Assembly (NCBI RefSeq): GCF_037042905.1
Contig: NC_087248.1
Span: 21,886,001-21,950,000 of the forward strand
Source: Lytechinus pictus
Taxonomy: Eukaryota
Length of the DNA: 64,000 bases
Direction of reading: 5' to 3'
The stretch's first letter is position 1, and every line of letters starts with the position of its first letter. A program made the translations under genes and the position numbers. A model generated the notes under the pieces. It was not told the origin of the DNA, did not search any database, and worked only from the letters and a program-made list of their open reading frames with translations. Shown in pieces: positions 13,889 through 24,898 of the stretch.

Positions 13889-14248
13889 CTTAGCAGCTAC
13901 TCATCGTGAAACAGACCACTAAGGTCAAATCATAAATGTTAGATTCTGCCATTTTCTGCATTCATACCAATAATACAAATGCAGTCGAGGCTTTGATCCT
14001 ACAACTGCTCCCGTCGTTAAACGGAAGATGAAAGCAAGCTGTTGATAGGGTTTTTGTAATTCCAGGATAAGATAGGGGTCATTCATGTTTGTTTGGCTTA
14101 TTGTGCAAATTTGCCACAGGACCAATTATCATGAAGTAAATCGTGTTCCCAAAAGCAGCCGTACTTGTTGGAGAACTAACAATGAAAACCTAAGCATCAA
14201 ACTCATCAATCATATTCTCATGTACAGGTGTCCTATTGTTCTGTCATC

Positions 14249-14515
14249 CAGGCGCGGATCCAGGGGGGGGGGGGGCATGTGCCCCCCTTTTGAGAAGCAA
14301 ATTAAAAATTTTGTTATGTAAAAATGCTATTAAAACCGAGGTGTGCCCCCTCTTGAAATTGAAGCCCTTTTTTTTTCTTGTCATATTTTTTCGGGTACGA
14401 AATATTGATTTGTCAGATTTGTGGTTGAAAACCTTTTTTTTTTGGGGGGGGGGCTTGTCAAAATTTTCCTCCAAAAATTTGCCCCCCCTTTTGGAAAATC
14501 CTGGATCCGCCCCTG
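14249..14515. mobile_element. hAT-like MITE
   Basis: TIR caggcgcggatccagg / cctggatccgcccctg. 8-bp TSD ctgtcatc / ctgccatc (7/8 match). Confidence 0.85.
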
Positions 14516-14659
14516 CTGCCATCCAACACTGCTTCTTATGGGAATGATCTAATGAAATTTACATAACCTGGTGCATTTCACATCCAAGTCCCCATGATGT
14601 ACAAACATGTGTTTAGGGTAAATTGGTGCAGGAACAACAGAGGTCCACAAGAGGTGACC

Positions 14660-14820
14660 TGACATTTGCTCCGGCGACAATTGCTCCTTGATTTATTTCG
14701 TCTAAAATTTAGGGTTAGGGTTGCAATAGGGTTTTATGTTATATTTCGGGTTAGGTTTAAGATGGTAATTCCACTTGTGTGGAATTTATAGCAGAGCAAT
14801 TGTCGCCAGAGCAAATGTCA
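14660..14820. mobile_element. Short MITE with internal TTAGGG-like repeats
   Basis: TIR tgacatttgctccggcgacaattgctc / gagcaattgtcgccagagcaaatgtca enclosing ttagggttagggtt. Confidence 0.7.
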
Positions 14821-15063
14821 TGTTACGCCACAAGACACTGGTCAGTATTGTTCTATGTATCATGGATTTCTATACATAACCAGTATCTGCATCAATTTTT
14901 TGTAATAGTCAAGCCCATTTTAGTGGCCACCTGTCTAGTGTTCACTAAAATTGTCTCCTAATTGAAAGGAATATGTGTTAACAGAACCTGTTTTTAGGGG
15001 CCACATTTCCCTTTGGGTAGCCTTTAAAGACAGGTTTCACTGTACATAGAATGTCGGTCTTAA

Positions 15064-16250
15064 AGGAGAATCCAGCCTTGGCCATAAAATGTTGTGTTGT
15101 GTTGGGAAGGAGAAAAGAATGGTGAAAGTTTGAAAGAAATTGGTCAAGCAATAAGAATGTTATAGCTACTTTAAAATTGAGATCACTAATACTATGTATA
15201 TTTCAAATTGGCAACTGGGTCAGTAAATTATGACAAGGGGCAAGGACAACTTTCCCATAGGGGTCATTCCATGCCAATTCACCCAATGAATGTGCAATTT
15301 TGCACCCGACCCTCTCGGAATTTGTTGTAAATTGGTACACATGAAATTCACCATGGCCCACGCACATAACAAAAAAATTAGTCCAATTGGTCCGCGATTT
15401 ATAAGGTCGTGACCTTTGACCTTTACTTTGACCTTGAGTTCGACTCCCAGACAAATAATTGTTTAACTTGATTTTCGTGTATGTTAATTATTAGTATGAT
15501 ATTGACAAAATATGTTAAAATCAATGAAGATATTTTATTTCTTCACCTTTTAAAACTCTTCCAATACATTATTTGATGCATGTTTTGGATTCCTCTCTGA
15601 ATTTCCTAATAAATGGTACCAGTTTCATGAAAATTGGTCAACACGTTACGACGCAGTGGCCATTGAAAGTTGAAGGTCACGCCCATTTTTGTCAAAACAA
15701 GGAGAAAATGGCGGGCCGTAGCGCGAGAACCGAAGGACCAATTGGACTTACTTTTTTTGTTTTGTACGTGGGCCATGGTGAATTTTATGTGTACCGAATT
15801 ACAACAAATTCTGAGACGGTCGGGTGCAACCACTGGGTGAATCCAGATGGAATGACCCATAGGCCATGTATTTTATTATCAGGGATTTGTGGTTTTCTCT
15901 TAAGTACCCATTCCCCTGGGGCAGTAATATAAATACAACGCAGGTAGTATATTGTTTTATGTCCTCATGAAAGAAAAATATAATTTGAAATAAAACTTTT
16001 GGGAAAAATGACATTTTAGCCATATGTATTGGAGTACATGGAAGAATATTCCTTGCCTTACATCACTATGCCATTCCATATGCGGCCAATTTGAAGTCTC
16101 CATGGGTATAGTGATTACCAATATTTACAACTTTTAAAAATGTATAACTTTCTTGTTGTTTGTCCAATATTGTTCAAACTTTCACCTATCAACTTGTCTG
16201 ATTTTTCTTTTCCTTATAAAAACAAGTTTTTATTTGGGTTGGTTTCCCCT
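15064..16250. mobile_element. MITE family B, copy 2, interrupted by a nested element
   Basis: Colinear with 10905-11499 except for the insert at 15261-15858. TTAA on both sides. Confidence 0.88.
15261..15858. mobile_element. Nested MITE with 4-bp TSD (Sola2-like GRG ends)
   Basis: TIR gggtcattccat / atggaatgaccc and TSD ATAG. The empty site ccATAGgccatg is present in the two other family B copies. Confidence 0.85.
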
Positions 16251-16539
16251 TTAAATCTTTTACACATCAACTTTCTCACAACAGAAACACTCGGTTTCGG
16301 GGTTTTAAAACTATGACACACAAAAATGAGAGAAACACATTTGAAAATTGTTGTGTCACATATTTATTTGTGTGTTTGAATTGTCTTTGTTCAACACCTC
16401 TAGCCATGTCGCAATTCAGAATGGATAGTTGGATACGGACGAATGAAACGGATCACTGAATAGTTTAGAGTTTGTGATGTTGAGGAAATTCATGAGGATG
16501 TGGAATCCATGACGGTTGCTTCGCAAAGGGATTGGTCGC

Positions 16540-19500
16540 TTAATTCCTCTGGGCGATCCTCTTCTCGCGCTCCTCTGCGATGGTGAGACGGATTCCCTTG
16601 CCCTTGGGGAGGGAGATGTAGGCCTTGTTTGCCTTGCCGATCACAAACACGTTGGAGAGACGAGTGGCAAAGGTGTGGTCTGGAAGCACGAGAAAGAATA
16701 GAAGATGTGGGGAGTGTTTCATAAAGGGTCCCATCAATGATTGAAATGACTTATTTGTTCCGACTTCCGACAATGAAAGGATAACAAGGAGATTGAGATT
16801 ACATCATTGTCAAAGAGACGCAATTTTTTACAAGCAATTCCATAAAATAATCAACCTTTTTTAAAATCCCGATTCCCATTTCACTTCATAATTTGGTCAA
16901 GCCATTAGAATCATATACTTTTTCATATGCAGCTCAAAGCAGAGACATCATTTTAGCAAGGTCCTTCATATAGGGGCTTGGATGTTGCTTTACAAAAAAA
17001 GTTGTTTAACACCTAGTCCTGCCCCGTATTTATTTGGTTCAACCCCCTTTGCTTCCTAAAATTTTTAACTGTCTAGGTATAATAATTTGTTGCTTCCGAA
17101 ACATTTTTTCCGAATTGCTTGTGTTGTTAATTTCATTATTGTGGGTTTGGGAACAAGGTAGAAAACAATCTTAATTTTCTACTTTTTCACAATGGGGCAA
17201 TTGCTGAATGTTTGGGGCTCATTCTGTAAATTGAAAAAAAAAAAAAAAAAAAAATTGTGCCACAAGCAAAATATAATTCTGTTGTATGTAGAATATTGAT
17301 CTTCATAAATGTTCTTGGTAGTTAATTTTGGCATACATTGAGTCCACTAAAGATAAATTCTTGCCCCCAGCATTCCAATTGGAGAATTTTAGGGGAATTT
17401 TGGCAGAGATAAAGCCATCCACATGATTGATTTATTGATGATTAACGACACAACACAATTTGTCATGTAAGTGTCTGAATATTAATCTACAATGTTATGT
17501 AAAATCATGGTAGGATTTATTTTCTTAATGTTAATCATATGATCTATGGTTCAAGTTATAAATGCTGTTTGGGGTTCATTTTTATTCCCCTGAAAGGGGG
17601 TGGGGTGTTCGCGTCTCAGCTACCCAACTATGTCTATACCACTGAACATTTCTTACCTGAGGCGTCCTTGACGTGGACGATCTCGAAGGATCCAGGATGC
17701 TTCTCCCTGTGGGTGATGGTACCAACACGTCCCAAGTTACGACCTCCGGTGATCATGCACATGTGACCTAAGAAACAATCACCAGAGTTTTTAATCAGTG
17801 CATCTGAAGCAATCAGCCAGTTTACTTTCAGATTTAAATTTATGCATGTTTTGTTTGCGGGAATCTTGTAACAAGGTATTCCTTTCAACCATTGGTGATG
17901 ACTGAACTACTATACACTTGGAATCCAGTTCACACATTAGTTGCTGATGTACCTGGTTGCTCTGGCAAGCCTCGGGTCATCTTTCAGGTTGTCAACAAGA
18001 AGCAGATGCTTTGATTGAAAATTATGTATTTCATAGCTTTACTCTGCAGGTGATCATGACGGACCATTTTTTAAGATTCAATAATAGATTGACAAGTAAT
18101 GTATCAAGTTAAGAAGTAGGATTCTTATTTGTGCATCTGGAGCAAATGCTGTTATAGTTTCACTAGTCTGGGGTAACAACTAATGAGAGTCAAACCACTA
18201 AACCCATCTTCATTTAACCAAAGTACTTTCTACAAGTGAGCAAATTATACATTTTCAACTGTGTAATTCATACAAAACTACATCGTTCCAGAAATCTTCT
18301 TCCAAACAGTAAGTCGAGAAGAGGCATTTTCATTCTGATTTACGCTTGCACTCACCACTGTCAAACTTGATGTGATCTGTTATTTTGCCGGTAGAGATGT
18401 CGACCTTGATGGTGTCGTGGACCTTCACCAGGGGGTCAGGGTAACGGATGGTGCGAGCATCGTGGGTGCTGAGGTAGGGAATACCCTTGGGTCCGGTCCA
18501 TACCTTGCGCACCTTGCACAGCTTGAACTGTGGTCAAACAATGAAAGCAAAAACACTATTCTGAGATGATGTCAGGGAAAAATTACAAGGGGGGCTCTTG
18601 GCCAAGAGTATGTAGCAGATAATGTAATGTAATGTAGCAGATTTAGGAAGTAGGTTGTGACAGGGAGGGAGCCTTTGAAAAATAATTTTTGGCCTGGATG
18701 ATGTACAGGTAAATCTGCCTCCTACAAATATCTTACGAAACTGGGATCACATTGACATGAGAATTAGAATAGGTGTAAAACATGTTCTGCACAACCTTGA
18801 TAGAAAGAAAATAAACTGCATGAAATTGGATATCATTTGGCCCATACAAATTAGACTTGGATGAATAACATGTTTTGTACAATCTGCAAAAAAGAGTTAC
18901 ATTTAAATGCAGTTCAAGGTATCATCAATCAAAATCTCAAAATCAACTTGCATTTGATGGCAACTCTTTCAGCAAAGGGCCCTTGGACTGAAAAACTAAA
19001 CTGCATGAAATTGGATATCAATTATCATTCGGTTCATCCAATCCGGACAGAAAAACTGAACTGTATGGATTGCCACACAGATCATGCCAGAAGGAATGTG
19101 CTTTCCTTGGGTGATGCCAGCATAGTACAAAGAGCAAACCATGATGACGACCTTTATAGGAAAACGGGTTATTTTATCTTGGCTGATGTAATTAAACAAA
19201 GGAGGATGTGAGTCGCTCATTCTCCATTGCCTTCCATCAGCCACAGCAAGGTGCGAGGGGGGGGGGGGGGAGGTCATTAAGTTGTTTGGTTATCCCTCTA
19301 CATTCATTGGTTAGGTACAGCCTTTCTTGATGATTGACAATCTTACATTCAACCCCCCCCCCCCGCCACATGTTACATTGTTATCCCGACATTTCGGTAC
19401 AATTTTTCATGAATTTTCCCTACCCTAAAACAGGAAGATTTAGCAGAAAATTAACATTCGTTTTACCTCTCCCACAAATTCAATGTCACCTTCACTCTTC

Positions 19501-22500
19501 CTCCAAGCACGGAGGCATAGCCAATATTATGTACACTGACTTTTCGTACTGATCTTAGAAGGGTGACTTAACTTTATTTTCAAGAAGTGATCAATCTTAC
19601 ATACCTTGGCTTCTTCGCTGCCAATCCTGTGGACAACAAAGCGTCCCTTGACATTGTAGATGAGACGGAAGTTCTCTCCAGTCTTGTTGATGGAGATCAC
19701 ATCTAGGGAAAAAGATCATACAAAATTATCTTAATTTTAATGCATACGTCTTGACAAGTCTAAATTGGAAAAGAATGTTCAATGCAGTTCACCCAATCAA
19801 TTACTACAGACCAATCAAAAAAAGATTATTTGTACGAACCAGAAAAGAAATAGAAATGGGATTGCAAAACTGTTAAAAAAGCACTGTGCTTTTTACATCA
19901 TGGAATGTGAGAAATGCAAACCTCAAGATTTTGTTACACAGCCACCACCCGATGGCCATGCCATCTTTGCTAAATAAATTATTGAAGTTTGTACACTTCA
20001 TATGTGATTTTTGATGATGGAAAATAGCCAAAATACGTTGTGAATCTGAGCAGAATATTGCTGCAATAAATGTAGAATTTGGTTAGTTCCGTCCAACATC
20101 TTTTAGCAGATTTGTCGCAGGCATGATCACTGGCGTTCATTTGTCTCTAGACGCACAAAAAAGACCCCCTTTCACAAAGACTTACGATTACAATAACTTT
20201 GCCATTATTATTGTAAATATCACGGAACCTTGATATTGATTGGCCATTGAGCCATATTATCATGCTAGTTACTATATTATGTTTAGCAGAGTTTCAAAAA
20301 TTGTAAGTTCTTCGCGAAATGGGCCCAACTCTGAGCAGGATTCTCAAATAAGACTTCATTCAAGGCGTTTGTGTTCATTCCCTGGGTGATGCCAAAATGG
20401 TACCATATCACAACCAAGCTGACGACCTTGTGGGAATGTTGTTTGATTTAGGCCTTTGTATTGAACAGCACAACCAGTGGTAAAATCAGTTGTGCTGCCT
20501 TCGATAAGGCCACAATACAAAATGTACATAAATAATACAAATTAGTGAAATAGGAAATTTTGAAAAACATTAACTCCTTTTACCCCTCCCATATGATACC
20601 CCTTGCATACCAAATTGAAAACATGTTTTGTAAGTTTTAAAGGGTTTTTTTTGTGGAAAAATGGAGTGCTCAGCACTATGAAGCGGTCAGTCAATATCAC
20701 CTGCCAACAAACACCATGGGGGCATTATTGAAATATAGAGTGACTTTCACTGACTGTTATGAGCTACTGAAATCCTTGGATACGATTGGCTAAGGACAAG
20801 TTAATCAGTGAAAACTACAGACTATTTGCTTTATGAAACATTCTCTGTTTCCCTCTCTTCCATCTACGCGATCTTTCGAGATGGGTACCACTGTACAGTC
20901 TATACTTACCCATGAATCCAGCCGGGTAGGTGATGTCAGTGCGCACCTTGCCGTCGACCTTGATCAGACGCTGCATCATGATCTTCTTGGTCTCAACGTA
21001 GGTCAGGGCGTACTTGAGACGGTTGCGGAGGAAGATGATGAGAGGAAGGCATTCTCTCAACTTGTGAGGTCCAGTTGATGCACGGGGAGCCTGGGAGGGA
21101 AAAAATAATGTTGCATACCATAAAGACAAAGAGTCCATTTAGAAGCATATAACTATGACACCCCCCCCCCCAACAAATAAAGGGATGAACCATTCATTCA
21201 GTAAATCACTAGGTCTATATGACCAATCTAACAGCTGACTAGATACAAATTGTGCACTGACGACAATTCAGTAAAGTACGAAGTGTTACTGCACATCTAC
21301 CAAATCCTTTATTTTGTTACCACCAAACATGTCATCTTTTAGTCTGATACTGCTTGTCAATTACTTGAATAAAGTGAAGATCATTACAATGCATCTGAGA
21401 AGTCATGATGCATAAGTGACTGCAGTGCACTCTAAAAAGTGCAAGTGCAAACTGAAATGAACAGCTTTTGTTCTCTGGTGACATACTGCTCTTCTCCTTA
21501 CAGGGCCTAGACATTATACACTTGGGTATCTGGCACAAGCTATTAACATGTCTTTTCATTTTTTACTTCCGAGTCAAAGTGAAAAAAACAAACATTCTAC
21601 TTACATAATTTCCATTGAGCTTCCCAAGCATCCAATGCTTGGGAGCATTTAACCGCTTCAGATGCTTCTTTGGCCCGCGTGCCTGTAACATAAAAAAAGA
21701 GAGAGAGGTTTAATAGCGTACAAGACGTGACAAACATACAATTGCATAAGACATAATTTTCTAAATATCCAAACTCCAATACCAGAGAATTTAAGAAAAT
21801 TGATAGACCTAGGACATACCCAATTTACGAGTTTTAATTTTCTTGGTTTACATAATTTGCTACAAAGCTATACTAGGGGAACTGTCCTAGAAAACGAGGA
21901 AATGATCATAAACCAAGAAGAATCATGTTCTGAACTTCTGGTGAATTCAGATAGTTTCTGCTTCTGAAGGACCTAATTGATTTCACCTCACTTTGTGGGT
22001 CTTTGTTTTTCTTTTTTCTTATTTGGCATTTTGTGAGAAAATTCACAATCTTGGGAGAAAGACAGAATTTTTCATTTCTACTTAAAAATTCTAGGCACTT
22101 TTTGAGACCCAATCTCTTAGATCAAAGGCTGAGCTCAGCCACCTTTGGAAACATGGCGCATATTCTGCATTTTTTAAGGCAAAATTAGTTTTTTCAGCAG
22201 GGATTACTAAGTTGAAATAGGGACTTTCCTGTCATGCCTTTAGTGATGGTGCCCATGTATAAAACAATGTGTATCGTCAGGCCAAGCAAGTCTCCAATAT
22301 GGGAGATTGTCTCCCATAATAGAGCTCCAATATGGGAGAAAAAGGCAAAAAAGACACAATGAAAAGAACATAATTTTTCCGCCCCAAATTTTGTCTCACT
22401 GAGGTCAGAAATCCATTTGTTTTTGGTGTGAATGTCAGAATGGCAACAAAATCCTTTAGAAAACAAAAGCCGGTGAATTTTAAAAGTAGATCTCGATGGT

Positions 22501-24563
22501 GAAAAGGGTTAATTCTTCATGAGGAATCTGCTTATCACATTTTGATTTGCCATGAAGGTAATCCTTTTGCAGCAAAAGTAAAGAAAATTGGTGTCCCAAA
22601 GGCCAATGTAAAACTGGAGACTCTGAAATTTGAATGGAAACCAAAATTCTTTATCTCCCACATGCATGGGAGAAAGTCTCCCATATTGGCAAATACTAGT
22701 TGTCAATCATGCCATGGTGGCATGTTGTGGCAATAGACTGATGACTTACGAGATATGCTTGAATCACAGAATATGCATAACATGTCAACTATAGATTTGA
22801 ACTAGAATAATGTGCCCCAAGTTGGGGCACATTATTCTAGTTCAAATCTTTATTTTTTTTCATTCAACTTCACGACCTGCCTTATTCCTTGGGCTTGGGA
22901 CTTCCCATCCCATGGTCAGGACATGATTGACTACATCAGTTTAAACTTTTAATTTATGTTGTCAATGAATGACTAAACTTGGTTCAGACTCAGTCAGCTC
23001 TCCAGGTGAATAAACTTTCCAACTTTTTTTTGCACAGAGATTTACAAAATGTCTAACAATAACATTAAAGGAAAAGCCGCAAATGACTGACAACACAACC
23101 AGTAGAGGCGCACGGCCAATATTGGAGACTGTCTCCAATGTGGGAGATTATCTCCAATATCAGAGACTTTTGTAAAGAATTTGGGTATCCAATTTCAGAG
23201 ACAGTCTCCAGCTTTGGAGACCAATTTCCTTTGTTTACATTTGCTGCATAAGGATTACCTTGGCGGCAAATAAAAATGTGATAAGCAGATTCCTCATGAA
23301 AAATTACCCCTTTTCACCGTCTACTTTTGTTTTGATAAGGATTTTTGTTGTCAATCACACACAAAACAAATGGGCTTCTAACCTCAGTGAGACAAAACTT
23401 TGGGTGGAAAAAATCATGCTTTTGTTGGTGTTGTTCCATTTGTCCTTTTGCAAAGCAAGTCTCCAATGTGGGAGATTGTCTCCCCTATTGGAGTCTCCCA
23501 TATTGGCCGTGCGCCTCTACTGACAACTCTCGACAATTTAGCAGGTGGTGCAAATAATGAACAGTAAGTACTTCATTGGGCATTCCAGCGACAGAAGAAC
23601 ACCGACACTACTAACTTATCACGCTCATGACGCCAGCTTGGCTAAAGGAACCGGCGCTACTGCAATTATGCACCGGCCAATTACCAGCATACGGAACAGC
23701 TCACCACATTGTCATTGTTCACAAATAGCATTCATAATCATAGCAAGTCTCTCAGTCTCACTCTCACTGGCTCAGACTCAGTCGCATTTCGAGGTCAATA
23801 AATATACCCACCGCTTATCCAAATATCATGCCAACACTGCAACAGCTGAATCCAGTTTCACTCAGCTTCTACGTAATGACATTAATAGTTCGAGTCGGAC
23901 ATCACTTCTTCTTGCTTCGCCACCCGCTGTAATAATAAAGTTGATGAATTCGCCTGCGTGCGCGGTATGCCAGCAGCTTCTGAGCTTCAGCTTGCCGCAT
24001 GATTTGGTCACAAACTAGGCCTAACTAAGTACGTATAAACATTTCTAGAGCGCTGCGAATTCAAGCAAAGCCTGGCTGGGTATACGAACAACAATGTCAA
24101 GATCGAAGCCGAAAATAAATGCCGTTCCCGATTATAATTTATATTTTGAATTTGAACAGCAGTGCCAGTGGGTACATTGTTATCGACCTCAAAATTTGAC
24201 TGAGAGACTCGACATTTGTGAACAATATTGCTGTCGAGGTATGCTGGTAATCAGCCGGTGCGAAACAGCATTAGCGCCAAAGAACCACCCAAAATCCTAT
24301 CGTGGTTTGTGCCTTGACATTGTGGCAAGTGAAATTGCCATCGACATGCACACACACATACAGTCTGCGTACCGCATAGTCTTACAGGTTCACATTTTGA
24401 CATTATTTTTCTTCATTCCACGAAGGGTTTTTCTTTCAAGACATTTATTTTCATAAAGTTATTATTCCCATAAACATTGTTTTCTTTGTTTGTATCATAT
24501 TATAAACGGATCTTAAAGATTGACACAGATTTAAATAAAATCTTCTAATGAACTCCGTACCAT
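16540..24563 (-). CDS. RPS4: 40S ribosomal protein S4 (eS4), 260 aa, 7 exons
   Basis: Exons 24563-24561 (ATG only), 21682-21605, 21090-20910, 19702-19605, 18527-18356, 17767-17657, 16679-16540; GT-AG with consistent phases (783 nt). [20 protein letters not shown]..., [33 protein letters not shown] are diagnostic. AATAAA on the minus strand at 16363-16368. Confidence 0.98.
19094..19243 (-). ncRNA. Box H/ACA snoRNA candidate in RPS4 intron 4 (copy 1)
   Basis: Sense to host. Hairpin UGGCUGAUG...CAUCAGCCA, H box AGAUAA, second hairpin UUUCC...GGAAA, then ACA plus 3 nt. Each pocket is 16 nt from its box. Paralog in intron 3. Confidence 0.85.
20369..20512 (-). ncRNA. Box H/ACA snoRNA candidate in RPS4 intron 3 (copy 2)
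   Basis: Hairpin GGCCUU...AAGGCC with upper stem GCAGCACAAC/GUUGUGCUGU, H box AAAUCA, hairpin CAUUCCC...GGGAAUG, ACA at 20374-20372. Pocket sequences are shared with copy 1 while the stems differ. Confidence 0.85.
22283..22690. mobile_element. Decayed copy of the 23100-23522 element in opposite orientation
   Basis: Shares gtctccaatatgggaga subterminal repeats. Internal tttgtctcactgaggt and catgaggaatctgcttatcacattt are reverse complements of segments in 23270-23400. Confidence 0.75.
22793..22849. repeat. Perfect palindrome, 28-bp arms with 1-nt spacer
   Basis: agatttgaactagaataatgtgccccaa G ttggggcacattattctagttcaaatct. Confidence 0.95.
23100..23522. mobile_element. CAG...CTG MITE with 5-bp TSD (hAT5-like)
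   Basis: TIR cagtagaggcgcacggccaatat / atattggccgtgcgcctctactg with ACAAC on both flanks. Confidence 0.82.
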
Positions 24564-24574
24564 TTTGCTCGGCT

Positions 24575-24586
24575 AGAGGAAAAGGC
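24575..24586 (-). promoter_or_regulatory. TCT initiator / 5'TOP tract of RPS4
   Basis: Minus strand reads gcCTTTTCCTCTagccgagcaaaATG|gtacgg. This matches the polypyrimidine initiator of ribosomal protein genes, about 21 nt upstream of ATG. Confidence 0.85.
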
Positions 24587-24786
24587 CAATTTGATGAATG
24601 TCACATATGAATGAACATTGATTTTTTTCCTAATATTTTAAAAAAATCTTTGAAAATTTCAAAGCATTTTAATGTATTAAAAAGCTATTGATCAAATTTT
24701 CTATTTTTATTTTTTATTCTAATAAGTATCAACTATAAGAATATGATATATTCTATTTTAAAAATATTATTTGTTTTAACAGTTAG

Positions 24787-24796
24787 ACCGGAAGTG
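24787..24796. promoter_or_regulatory. ETS/GABP-type site in the RPS4-SYAP1 shared promoter
   Basis: ACCGGAAGTG consensus inside an otherwise very AT-rich 335-bp interval between the two ATGs. Confidence 0.6.
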
Positions 24797-24898
24797 AATC
24801 GTAAAAAATGAAAACAACAAAATTCACGACACTTGTCTTTATTTCGTAGCGAATTTTACGGCCCTTTCTGATCATTTTGAGTGTTAAATTAGAAAAAT

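Noticed and set aside
14708-14760. Interstitial telomere
   Set aside because: Only two or three TTAGGG-like units, internal to a TIR-bounded MITE.
17860-18010. Third snoRNA in RPS4 intron 5
   Set aside because: Two hairpins can be drawn on the minus strand, but there is no ANANNA hinge at the right place and no C/D pair.
18808-19070. Three short direct repeats aaactgcatgaaattggatatca in RPS4 intron 4
   Set aside because: Looks like local duplication, with no structure or box motifs to suggest function.
20011-20050. TGATGA...CTGA C/D-like pair
   Set aside because: Antisense to the host gene and too short for a C/D snoRNA.
23545-24456. 157-aa and 120-aa plus-strand ORFs in RPS4 intron 1
   Set aside because: No recognisable motifs or convincing splice framework. 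Probably GC-richer promoter-proximal intron sequence.
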